From: Podarcis vaucheri
Taxonomy: Eukaryota
Assembly: GCA_965113315.1 (NCBI GenBank)
Contig: OZ220363.1
DNA: 64,000 bases
Direction: 5' to 3' (one strand)
The number at the start of each line of letters is the position of its first letter. The first letter of the stretch is position 1. The notes under the pieces are model-generated. The model had not been told where the DNA came from. It was given only the letters and a program-made list of their open reading frames with translations, and did not search any database. Below are positions 10,849-23,120 of the stretch, piece by piece. The position numbers and the translations under genes are program-made.

Positions 10849-11329
10849 ATATATAAAGCACAGAAAGTGGCCCTTTAAAAATATTAGCCTCCCTAATTAA
10901 AATGGGCCTTCACTGAAGAAGGCTGCATTCTGTATACTTTTACCTGGGAGTAAGTCCCATTGTACTCAAACATGTTGGACGGCAATGTAAAAGTGTTGGG
11001 GCTAGGGTGCAGTCCTAACTCCAAACCACACAGAGCTTCCTGGCAAGGTGGAGACACCACCATATTCACAATCCTGCTGCACACAGTGACTAAGAGGGAA
11101 GTGGAGAAAATTTCTTCCTAATCCCTGCAATAGCTCCAGGCAGGTGCAGCACTTAGATTGGTTTCAAGTCCCGTGCCTCCAGTGGCAGCAGGATCAGGTT
11201 GTGATCCAGCAGATTCCAGGCCAGCTTATCCCCTGGAATTCCCCATTTTGGGGTCAGCTGGTCTCCTGCCAACGCATTAAGCAGGAGAGAGAAGTCAGCA
11301 GTGGCAAAGTGAAACTTATGTCAGCTGGT

Positions 11330-11795
11330 AAGATCCGTATAGTTAAAGCCATGGTTTTCCCAGTAGTGATGTATGGAAGTGAGAGCTGGACCATAAAGAA
11401 GGCTGATCACCGAAGAATTGATGCTTTTGAATTATGGTGCTGGAGGAGACTCTTGAGAGTCCCATGGACTCCAAGAAGATCAAACCTACCCATTATTAAG
11501 GAAATCAGCCCCGAGTGCTCACTGGAAGGACACATCCTGAAGCTGAGGCTCCAATACTTTGGCCACCTCATGAGAAGAGAAGACTCCCTGGAAAAGACCC
11601 CGATGTTGGGAAAGATGGAGGGCACAAGGAGAAGGGGACGACAGAGAACAAGATGATTGGACAGTGTGCTCGAAGCTACCAGCATGAGTTTGACCAAACT
11701 GCGGAAGGCAGTGGAAGACAGAAGTGCCTGGCGTACTCTGGTCCATGGGGTCACAAAGAGTCAGACATGACTAAACGACTAAACAACAACAACAA
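11330..11795 (+). mobile_element. Bov-B (RTE) LINE 3' fragment
   Basis: Translation KIRIVKAMVFPVVMYGSESWTIKKADHRRIDAFELWCWRRLLRVPWT...LKLRLQYFGHLMRR is classic Bov-B; ends in a (CAA)n tail. Confidence 0.95.
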
Positions 11796-13094
11796 ATGGG
11801 AGACCAGGCTCAGTAGGCAGAGCTAAGCAGAGGGACTGAATCCAAACCCTTCCATAACCTAGTCTAAGGGTTTGTATTCTTATTATTGCTCAGTAAACAG
11901 ATCAGCCACATCAAGCATTGCTATACATCTCTATATACGTGTGTGACTGTGAAGCAGGTGCTTAGCTTTCTCCCATCCAAAGCAACGTCTAAAAGTGCTC
12001 AGCTTTGGCCAGATCAAGGCTAAACTGATAAAAACAGTTTTAAAACTTGCATGTTTAAAATTTGCACCATTAAAAAATTAGCAAAATATGGCAGTATATT
12101 GATCAAAAAGCCACAGTTCCGTAACGCAACACCGAAACGGAAGGCCTAGCACATACCAGGGAAATGAACACAATAATGCCCACATCTGAATGCAGCTACA
12201 GGTTTAATATCTCTGTGAAAACTAAGCCTAAATCTGGGAGCCAAGTTCAAATTCAAGACACCACTGTTGATCCTTGTAGCAGATCCACCGTTTAATCCAA
12301 GAAATATTCAATCCCCTCCTTTCCCTGGGAGAATTTCTGAAAAAGGTGATGGGGTCTGGTGGGGTAGAGGCGGGGGAGAACTAACTCCTACAACTCCTCA
12401 AGGAAAATATAAACTTGAACCCGGCTCACTCTTTGAAAACTACAGCCTATAAAACACTTTGCAAACTACTAAGAAAAAGGAACAGGCCTGGAGTAATTTA
12501 CATTCCATAACTAAAATATTAAGATTTATTTCCTCCTCGCTCTCTGTAGAAGTGGCAGCAACAAAGGATTTTTCACTGACATGTCACGAATATTGACAAA
12601 GCAAGCAAAGGTTTGTTTTTCCTCCCTCGTTCACAGTGCAAAGTCATGTACTTGCAAGTGATATTTATATGTGGCTTTCTTCAGCATCTTCTGCCTCAAG
12701 CCAGAAGCTTGTCTGCTGTCCCTTCATGTTGAGAACATGCAAGCTTGCTTGGTTTAAAAGGTCAGTTGTAGCTTGATGCACACAGACTCTGATGCAGAAG
12801 TCCTTTATGGGGGTGGGGAAGCAAAAAAGAAACCATCCTAATATTAAGCAATATGTACTGTGATTTATTTCTTTTTTACAACTGAATGTGGGAACGAATA
12901 TGGACTTTTTTCTAATTTTCTATAGCATATTTCATAGTAAAAGTGATTTATTAAATTAAAGGCTCTTGCATTAAATCTAGGAGAAGCCCATGGTCACTGC
13001 AACCAGCAAAGCACGATATGTGATGTAATATTTGCACTCAGTAATCTTGCCTTGTTGTTGCTATTTTTAATTTTAAAAAACATCTGCAAAACTA

Positions 13095-13460
13095 GTTAAG
13101 ACCTCATCTAGGGTACTGTGTCCAGTTTTGGCCACTGCACTGATGAGATGGAAACAGACAAATTGGAGCAGGTTCAAAAGAGGGCAATTAAGACAGAAGG
13201 CAAGTCTTATGAGGACAGGTTGAAGAAAACTGGGTATGTTTAGCCTGGAGATGAGAAGAGGGCACACAATAGCACACTTGAAAGGCTATCACATTGAAGA
13301 CAAGGACAAAGACTTGTCCTCTGCCAAAGGGCAAGACTAGATCTAATGGTATATTTTGGATGAACAGTTGCAAAAACTGCAAAAGAGCACTTTGACAGTG
13401 GAACTAGTTACGCGTGGAATGATGGGCTCCCCCTTCACTCCGCCTTTCCAGCAGAGGCTG
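13095..13460 (+). mobile_element. Old CR1 LINE ORF2 3' remnant
   Basis: AGACCTCATCTAGGGTACTGTGTCCAGTTTTGG (RPHL.YCVQFW) and AAATTGGAGCAGGTTCAAAAGAGGGCA (KLEQVQKRA). Confidence 0.7.
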
Positions 13461-13873
13461 TACTGAGCAGGAGATGATATATATGGTAAAAAAAAATGAG
13501 GTGCCAATACTCATTTATTGATAAACGTGCCAAGGTGCTAGCACAAAATGGCTGCCAAAAGCAGCAAAAAGAGAGGTGATGGTATTCTTTACCATTGAAT
13601 ACTGCCATAAAAAGGCATACAAATAACAGATTAAGGTGTCAATCCACAAACCACTAACTCTGTAACAGACCAACTAAAGTTAGTAATACAGTTCCATAGT
13701 ATGAATCATGGGGCTTTTCACACGTTCTATGAATACACGAAGTGGGGTGGTAATCATGATCACCTCTACTATCTCTGCCACCAACCTCCACATGTTCATC
13801 TGAAGGTCTGAACAGAGCCTACAAACATGCAACAGTACACGGATACAGCAGAACTAGTCACCCATTGCAAATA

Positions 13874-14114
13874 CAGTGGTACCTCTAGCTAGGAACTTAA
13901 TTCGTTCCGGAGGTCCGTTCTTAACCTGAAACTGTTCTTAACTAGAGGCATGCTTTTGCTAATGGGGTCTCTTGCTGCCGCTGCACTGCCAGCACACGAT
14001 TTCCGTTCTCATCCTGGGGCAAAGTTCTCAACTTGAGGTAACTCTTCCAGGTTAGCAGAGTTTGTAACCTGAAGCATTTGTAACCTGAGGCATTTGTAAC
14101 TCAAGGTACCCCTG
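13874..14114. mobile_element. Tc1/mariner (Tigger/pogo-like) MITE, family A
   Basis: TA-CAGTGGTACCT...AGGTACCCCTG-TA with internal TAACCTGAAGC repeats; homologous to the copies at 28912, 33486, 58259 and 63121. Confidence 0.88.
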
Positions 14115-15553
14115 TATTTGTGCAATATGGCAACCTTCAATTTGCACTTAAAACTCAGGGAAGTTGGAGGCTCACGGGTGTTAAGGTACAGTTTGGAGGT
14201 TCCCAGTTGGGGGGCGGTTCCATGTTGCAGTGGGTTGAATTAGCTTGTATCAGTTCAAAGTAAGAATGGCTATCTCCTGATCTGAGGGCAGGCAGGTTGT
14301 TTAATTCATTCTGAGCCAAATTTAAGAGAAGGGGGGAAGTGCTATCCACTCTTTTGTTTGAAAAAAAACTATCTAAAATTAAGGCTAAGAGAGTTATTAT
14401 TTTATTATTTATTAAATTTGTATACCACCATTCATCCACAGATCTCAGGGCAGATGGCTGTTGCTTATAATGTAACAATATTGCCCAGTTCTGGCTATAT
14501 TACTGAAAGTTTTCCTTAAGTCATTTCAGAAATCTACCCTGCTCCATTTTGCCATTACAAGTACTAAGATCATCAGTGTCAGTGGAAACGAAGTCCACAG
14601 AAAAGCACATGCATGTGTGAAATTAGCGCACATGATAATTTGCATGTGGGTGTTGTGTTTCTTCCTAAACATAAGCAGTTTCCATGTGGAAAAACCGTGA
14701 GTATATAGCAGCCCTTCAAGTAAGAGGTCTTCAAGGCTAATGAAAAATAATTTCTTCTTGGCAGTATCACGGCTAGATTCAGAGGCACATCCCTACGCAA
14801 GTTTCTCATGAAGACGTTTCCAAGTTATTTAGTCCACAAGTTGGGGCGGGGAGGAGGGAGAAGAATTGGCAACTGCACTCCCTTCATGGAGAAGTTTATC
14901 TGTGAATTAACTGATTAAAAGCAGAGCAGCTGAACTGCAATAGGAAATGGGTCGATAAGAGACCTTTAGTGGATGGGGAGCCATTGATCAATAATTACTT
15001 TTCTGCTAAAGAGTCTTTTCCTGAAGTAGCAGAGGCCCTCCTTTTGCATACATCTTCAACATTTGCATTAACCTTTACAGCGCAAGGATTAAAGACAATC
15101 ACACCACAGACATTCTATAAGCACTTGATTCTATCCCTTTCCCCCTTCTTCATCTCCCATTTAAAAACCTGGGCATGCTGCTTATTGGCCAAGCACTCCA
15201 CAACTCCCACCTACCTCCACACCTGTGCAGTTTTGTGACCTACTCAGCTTAATGCAGCCTACCAGCCGTGTATGGTGGCCTACCTAATTCCAGGGGTTTT
15301 TTCCTGCCTGCCAGGGACTTCAGCTTGGTGTGTCACAAATTGTGAAGGCCTTCTAGACATGTCCAATACAAGGACGGCAGGCATTTCTGGGGAGAAAGAA
15401 AAATAGAACGTCCAGGAAAACTAAACACTCTGAATATAGTTGTGCATCTTTCAACACCATTACGAGGGCGCTAATATAGGGAGCCAAGAGTGTCAAACCA
15501 GAGACCATCACCGATGGAATTCTTGGGCATATGGAGTTATTGGCCTGATCTTC

Positions 15554-15820
15554 ATAGAGTTAGAAGGGTCATCTAGTCCAACCCCCTGAATGCAGAAATC
15601 TCAGCTAAAGGATCTATGACAGATGGCCATCCAACCTCTGCTTAAAAAGCTCCAAGAAAGAAGAGTCCACAACCTCCCGAGGGAGACCATGCCACTGTCG
15701 AACAGCTCTTACTGTCAGAAAGTTTTTTTCCTGCTGTTTAGTCGGAATCTCCTTTCTTGTAACTTGAAACCATTGGTTCAAGTCCTACCCTCTGGAGCAG
15801 GAAAAACCAAGCTTGCTCCT
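15554..15820 (-). mobile_element. CR1 LINE 3' fragment
   Basis: Reverse complement resembles the CR1 3' end at 31077-31293 (CCACTGTCGAACAGCTCTTACTGTCAG; TCTAGTCCAACCCCCTG). Confidence 0.8.
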
Positions 15821-15897
15821 GACCCAGATCAGAAACATGATGGAGAGCAAAGGTTTAAAGCCCCCTTATCTTCACTGTGTCGCAATACCATCTAGAC

Positions 15898-16033
15898 CAG
15901 GCATGGACAAACTTGGCCCTACAGATGTTTTGGGACTACAATCCCCATCATCCCTGACCACTGGTCCTGTTAGCTAGGGATGGTGGGAGTTGTAGTCCCA
16001 AAACATCTGGAGGGTCATGTTTGGCCATGCCTG
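15898..16033. mobile_element. 136-bp hairpin hAT (Charlie-like) MITE
   Basis: CAGGCATGG...CCATGCCTG with long inverted arms; perfect 8-bp TSD ATCTAGAC. Confidence 0.9.
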
Positions 16034-19000
16034 ATCTAGACCAAAGGCCCGTCTAGCCCAGCATCCTGTTTCCAACAAGGCTGACTTGGGGAGGGCTGTA
16101 AGCAGGACATGTGGACAATGGCTCTCTCCTTCTGTTGTTCCCCTACTGAGAGGCATGCCAAGTGATCCTGGAGTAGATATATTGAAGGTCCTGGTTCAAA
16201 AGAGCAGGGAAAGCCATCAGGAATAAAACTGTTAGAATGAGCAGATGGTCAAAGCAAAGGACAGGAGCTAGACACGGAAAGCTTGAGTGGCCTAAAATAC
16301 CTGGGGGAGGGAAATTCTAGAGAGTACCTGAAGTGGACAGGCATGATATAGGGCGTAACAGGGGATTCGTCCTGGGTAGCCTAGCGTCCAGGCATAGGAC
16401 CAAACTTCATGCAGTGCCAAATCCATTACTAAAAAAAACACATCATGGATTTTAGAGTTAGTAGTAGGCATGGAGGCAATTTTCATTGTGACTGCCGCAC
16501 TCAGGAAAGGGAGTGCCTCTCCAGCCAAAATTCTGACGAAAAGCAGCAGTAGGAGACCCCCCCCCCAGCAAATAGTAGTGCAGGGGGCTATTTTTATGAG
16601 AGTCATGGCTGAATCCTGGAGAGGGAAGGGCTGCTCCTCCCCTTCCTGCATGCTGCCATGCTGATTAAAATTGTCCCCACAACTATTATTATGACGCACC
16701 ACTCTCTCATTTGGAAGTCCTCTGATCTTCGTTGTGTGATGGTGCTCTGCAATTACTCAGTGATGAAGAAAATGCATTCTGCATACACTCAGGAGGCACT
16801 TACATATAATATATATAATAGGAATATATGAGAGCATTTAAAACTGATGCTAAGGCATCAGTAAACCAGGGCCCAAATTAAGCTCTGTTGATTTCCAAGC
16901 ATCTTGTTCCAGATGGTGGTAGTGGGCAGCCAATCATCATCCCACTTGCTTGTAGGTTACAGCAGCCTGAGAGCAACCTTCCAGAAGCCACATGTCATTG
17001 ATGGGTGGGACTGAAGTCAAGTGGGCAGGGGCCAGAGATACAACTCTTAACCCTGTGCAGTGGGCTACAGTCTCAGCCACACATTAAAAAAAGAACAGGT
17101 TTCTATGCTCATCTCTCTCCATCCTGGCAAGTGAGAAGCTTTTCTGCCATTCAAGGGCACACCCCAGCCATGGGGCACACCCATGGAGCAAGGCTGATGA
17201 AGAGTAAGAACTTGGGAAGAGTCCCAGCCGCCATTCAGAGAGGCCTGGGTAGCTGCATTCAGCCCTCAAGGCAAGAGCTTCCTCATCTCCGAGTTACAAA
17301 GTAAGTTCATAAATCAACTGTTGCACAAAGCAAACTTCTAGTGAAGGAAGAGGTGGACTGCGTGTTTAACTAAAGTCTAGTTCCAGTGCATTGTCATAAC
17401 TCAGTGGTGGGCAGACAGCAGACCAAGATCTGCTAGTCAATTTCCAATTGAGTGTTTACAATCAAAACATGTGACTCTATACTCCCAAAGTGGGGAATCT
17501 CTGATCTGTGGGCCCAATATGGCCTATCAGGCCATTTTTGGCACGCTGCACCCACTTTCACCGCACTTGGCAACATATGGGATACCAGGCACAGAAAACA
17601 AAACCGAGACTTGGAATTTCAAGCAGCCACTAAAATGAGGAAGAACTGGGAGTGGACTTTCAAGCACACTCCCAATTCTTCCTTTCAATCATCAGCTTGA
17701 ATTCAAGCCAGTGGTGCAAGAGATCTTTGTTCTGCATCTGCAACTTGAGCCACACCCACAAAGGAAAAGTGTTACTGTGGGTCATCTGATGTCACTGTGA
17801 CATTAAGTGACAGGTGGGCCACCCTTCCCAGCTGTCAAAATAGCCCACAAGGGGTGTGGGAACTCAGGATCCTGTTTGCTTACTGGATATTATTCCTCAC
17901 CTCTGCTGAGTCTGACTACTGGTCCATTTAGCTTAGTCTCCTCTGAAGCGACTTGGAGTGTCTTTCCAGAGGTCTTTCCCAGTCCTACCTGAAGATTCCA
18001 GGAATAGAATCCGAAACAGTTTGCATGCAAAGGATGTGCTCCACCACTGAGGATTTTGGCAAAACAGACTGAACTACGTAGAATTAATAAGGTACTTCTT
18101 ACATTCTTAAGGAAGAGTACATACTCAGAAACACTCAATAGAAAATTGTGTATGCCTTCGCTGTTAAAGGGATCCTAAAAACGAGCTCTCGCTTTGCCAT
18201 TTTAAACAACTGTATGTCTTCAAGGAGACCAGTAAAAGTAGGTAGACCACACAAAACTGAAGTCAGCTCACCTCTGTCAACTGCAAGCACCACTGCAAGT
18301 CAAAAACAGCACACAACTGAGGGGAGCACTCACTCCACTATTTTTTTTAAGGATTTCTCAAGTTGGTTGGAAATCTAGGGCAGCCAAGAGGAGTCTTGCA
18401 CTTCAGCTCTGAGCTGCAAATCCCTCTGCTTTTTGTTGAATACCTGGTTGCTCCTTCCCTCAGTACTGCTAATACACATCAATCCTAATTCACAACAGCC
18501 CCCTGCTGTTCCAATTCATTCACCTCCCCTGAGCAGAGATTGCAATTCAAGGCAAACTGTGAAATGCCTTGTGATGGGGACAAAAAGGCTCTCTAGGGAC
18601 AAGCTAAGGTCAGCAAACTTACTTTGTTTGGAACCTCTGATCCACTTCATCCTGGGTCTCCTGAGGTGACAAGAGCATGCACTAACCAAATGAGCCTTTA
18701 ACAGATTTGTCCAAAGGAGTGAATAAAGAAATTTACTTTGACAGCTATAATGGAACAAGTTCTGTAAACAAAACACAGCAGGAGAAAGTGGGGGGGGGGA
18801 GGAGGGAGGAAAGAGACCTCAGCATTTTTTCCATTATTATTTTTTTGAGAAGTGCTCTGTCTGCTTTAAGGACAAGTATTCTGATAACAGTGTAGCAAAG
18901 TGTTCAAAAGACTTCCTTTACATTATCGCAGTAATCCTTACAATGGCTGTTTAAGGCAGAAGTGTATTATCTCCATAAGGTGCTGGGGCCAAGCAAAGGG

Positions 19001-20328
19001 AACTTGTCGAAACGGCCACTCAGAGTTTATGTCCAAGGCAAGATTTGAGTTGGGAACTTCCCCATTTCTGCAGCAGTCTTCACATGTTGCTCAACATCGA
19101 AGGAAGAATGGAGCTGAACTGTTGGGTCCCACTCAAAATGTCACTTGACTGAGTTACCCCCTCCCCCCCCCCCATATATCTGAAAAGTAACAAGTAACTG
19201 AGATACATGAGTAGAACGAGGGCCCTGTTCCTCTGCTTATGTGTGACAGCACACAACGAGGGGTTAAATCTTACAAACTACAGTACATAGTCTTTCCAGG
19301 AGCAAAGCACAGAACAAACACCACATAGAAGGCACTTTAAATGCATCCCTGGAGCAGCTCTGTTCCTGTGTGGAAACTTAATTCGTGTGTGGTTGTTGCT
19401 TACCATTTAAGCTGAAGAAGACTCTCCCCACTAACACCAACTTTTTGGAAAAGGAATAACTCCTACTGACATTCTTCTGTGAGCAAAATGCTTCAGAATC
19501 CTTTGCCTAGCTTATCTTCTGTTCCTATATGTTATCCATAATATTTTCTCCACCACCACGAGAGGTGAAGCTGGTGGTAATGTGTGAGAAGGGGTCTTCA
19601 CAGCAGCATTGAGAGCATGGAATGCCCTGCCCAGGGAGATCCTGCACTGGGTACTTTTAAATTCCACTTGAACATATTTTTTTTTATTTCAGTTGGCCTA
19701 TGTTGGATGGAAAACCTCTGGCCCCTAACGGGTTGTTGGATTACAACTCTCAGAAGCCCTACCTGGGCTTAGCCAATGGTCAGGGATGCAAGGAGCTGAC
19801 CTACAACAAAAATCTGAACAGTCACAGGATCCCCATCCCTGTTTATGTGATTTTTCTCTCTTCTCTTTGGATTGCTTTGCTGCTGTGCTGGTTATAATTT
19901 CCCATTCTTATTGCTGACCACTGTTTTTAATCGCTTGGTTGCAAACTGCTGTGAGCTGGAAAAGCAGCACAAAAGTATTGCAAATTTTAAATATATCTCA
20001 TTTATTTATTTACAACAAATTCCACCATTCCACCAATGCTCAAAGTAACTAACTGGGATTGTAATGCAGCAAAATAAAGCACAATGGAATAATAAAAAGT
20101 AGTCTTTAAAGATGGGAAACTGATGAAGAAGAGATGACATCTGCCCTTAGGTTAAACAAAGGTGCCAAGAACTGAGCAGGGTTTGTTTTCAAGCTCTCTC
20201 CTGCCCAAATCTCACTCCACCCAATAGGTAAGCTGATTTAAAACAAAAAAACATGTAGAGTTTTCTGTATCAAAAGCAACAACACTTTTGCATTTATAAA
20301 ATGTTGTATGTTCCCGGTGAGTCTAATA

Positions 20329-20460
20329 CAGGCTTCCTCAACCTCAGCCCTCCAGATGTTCCGAGACTACAATTCCCATCATCCCTGAGCACTGGGTCCT
20401 GCTAGCTAGGGATCATGGAGTTGTAGGCCAAAAACATCTGGAGGGCTGAGATTGAAGCTG
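20329..20460. mobile_element. Hairpin hAT MITE, variant with a damaged right end
   Basis: Shares the core CCCTCCAGATGTT..GACTACAATTCCCATCATCCCTGA..CACTGG with the copies at 15898, 50347 and 51765. Confidence 0.75.
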
Positions 20461-21869
20461 GGCAACTCAGGCTTCTGGGATTACCTTTTTTACCACCTTC
20501 TTTTTTTAAAAAAAAAAGTAAAACCTTGGGTTCCACCATACTATGGCTGTAAACCGCTTTGATATTTTAAAATAAAATTGTAGTGTATACAAATATTTTG
20601 TAATAAATAAATCAAAATAAATACCAACTATACTCAGCAGCAACAACCGAAGCCCATTTCACAACCAGCCTTAAGAATGCATGCAAACCCCACACACCAC
20701 TAAATATATGTTTGTTCCATCATGAAAAACATTTCAGCATTACAAAGTACTGAACACACTGGGCTGCATTAAACTTATAGAGCCATTGGAATTAATGAAC
20801 AGCACTATGTTAGCTTGAACCTGTTTTACATTACATACATATGCTGTTTCTGCATTTATCAGCCACACATTCCAAGCAAAGGAGGTTGCTCTTAAATGTT
20901 AATGGGGGGGGGAGAGAGAGAGACATATTTAGCTTTTGCCTCCATGTTGCAGCAACATAGTACACACCATGCAGCCTGCTTACTTTTGCTCCCTGTTCTC
21001 TGTGCCTTTGTTCCCCACGGTGCAATACTCTTCCATTTCTTGTAAGAGACAAAGCACAAAGGACAAAGTCATTGGCTCTTGACTGTCACTGAAGCACCAC
21101 TCAAGCATTCTTAGCTATTAATTCTTCCCCTCAGCCTACTGCTTCAGTGTACCTATTTTACAGGAGGAGAAAGAAAGGCAAAGTGAACAAAGGCACATGC
21201 AGTCAATGAGGAAACAGCAGATCCCAAGTGTTTCCATTTGGAATCTCCAGCTCTACACATTCAACTATACAATTGCATTAGCTTTAGTCTTTCAACGATC
21301 AGTAAAAGTGACTAATGCCTTTGTTTAAACACTAATTCAGGGCCTGACCTTTGAGTCAAACTGTTCTGGAAGAAAGATATCATGGAGGCAAATGAGATTT
21401 TACCGGCCTAACAAAGGTAGAATATTTGCGGTTTTCTGAAACAACAAGTACACAATTCTGTGTTTCAAGAGACGCTAGAACAAAGCCTTGGAAGAGATGG
21501 TAGAGAATTTTCCTTGGTCTGCATCTTTAAGTGAACCAATCAAATTTGCACCTTTCAATTAATACAAAGATTGCAATGTCATTATTCCTCATATTCCACT
21601 TCTCCAAATTTTGCAACACAGCTCTCAGCTCAAAGTGTGTGTGTGTGCGTTTAAGATAAAATATATTTAGAAATGTGTATGAGATTAAAATGCTAATTTA
21701 AACAAGAGGTGGGGTTAAAAAATGCAGATTAATGCAGAAACCAGATGGAACAGATTTATGAATAAACGTATGCGGAAGTGATATTGACTGGAAAGCTACA
21801 GCCAAATCCAAGGAAATGTGGGTTCTTTTAAAAAAAACAGCATTCAAGAACAAGCCCAAATCTGAAACC

Positions 21870-22105
21870 CAGGTTGCCCAGCCCCAGGCGCACAGGAGGG
21901 CGGAGCCAGCCGGCCGCCTCAGCATCTCACTGGCTCAGTCGCCCCCAAACTCGCAGTGTAGAGCCACCCACAGAAGAAGAGCCCACTGCGGCGCTCCGAC
22001 CGACGGGCAGGCTCTTCCCCAGACTCAGGCCCTGGACTCTCGGCCTGGCGCCCCTCAGAGCCCGACGCCCAGGTAGCCCACACCCCTAGTGCCTGTGGGT
22101 AAGAT
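21870..22105 (+). promoter_or_regulatory. Small CpG/GC-rich island; putative plus-strand promoter and first exon
   Basis: Isolated CpG cluster with GC box GGGCGGAG (21898-21905) followed by donor-like CAG|GTAGCC (~22072) and TGG|GTAAGA (~22098). Not recognisable as a repeat. Confidence 0.45.
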
Positions 22106-22760
22106 GGCCCTGTTTGTTTTTTGCAGTCTTCAGAGTAGTAGAGTACTGGACCATTTAAACAAGATTTTAGCTGCAGCTCATTCATTTTCAGCTTTGTATT
22201 GCTGTTATTTAAAAAGTACGCCTAGATATTCCTTTGTGGTGCCTATAACCTAAGTTTAAGGTGCCATTTGGCTCTTAGTTTTCACATATCAGTTTCTATT
22301 TATTTTTATTTAATTAATTAATTTATATACCGCCGTATACCTGGAGGTCTCATGGGGTTCACAGAAAAAAGTTTCTAACACTGCCACAAGTAACTGTTGT
22401 AAATTTAAAACCAGTAGATGCTTTCAGTCTCTTCCTCATAGTGCACAAAATAAGGAGAGGAAATTTGCACAAACCCAAAGCTCAGCACATCTCATTTACA
22501 TAACAAATCACAATTTCCCCTTTACTTCTGAATCAGGCTATGGTCACTTTCGATGAGCCTCACAGAATGTTATGTACACTAACTCAGGAACCATACATGA
22601 TTATGAACATATGTTCTCAATACTGCACCAAGACTAATCTTTGCACCCACTTTTAAAAATGCATCTTTAATCACCTAAATACGTAGAAACACACACGCTC
22701 TCAAAACTGGAAACCTACTTACACAAAATGCAAATTGTCATTAGCTAATCTAGTTCAAAA

Positions 22761-23120
22761 GGGGCGCGGGTGGCACTGTGGGTTAAACCACAGAGCCAAA
22801 GGCTTGCCGATCAGAAGGTCGGCGGTTTCAATCCCTGTGACGGGGTGAGCTCCCATTGCTCTGTCCCAGCTCCTGCCAACCTAGAAGTTCAAAAGCACGT
22901 CAAAGTGCAAGCAGATAAATAGGTACCGCTCTGGCGGGAAGGTAAATAGCGTTTCCATGTGCTTCTCTGGTTTGCCAGAAGCAGCTTAGTCATGCTGGCC
23001 ACATGACCCAGAAGCTGTCTGCAGACAAATGTCGGCTCCCTTGGCCAGTAAAGCGAGATGAGTGCCGCAACCCCAGAGTTGTCCGCGACTGGACCTAATG
23101 GTCAGGGGTCCCTTTACCTT
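22761..23120 (+). mobile_element. Sauria SINE, full length
   Basis: tRNA-like head GGGGCGCGGGTGGCACTGTGGGTTAAACC, core GATAAATAGGTACCGC, tail CCTTTACCTTT; TSD TAATCTAGTTCAA / TAATCAAGTTCAA. Confidence 0.93.

Noticed and set aside
12575-12755. Cluster of p53-like half-sites (CATG/CTTG cores)
   Set aside because: No correctly spaced full site; compatible with chance.
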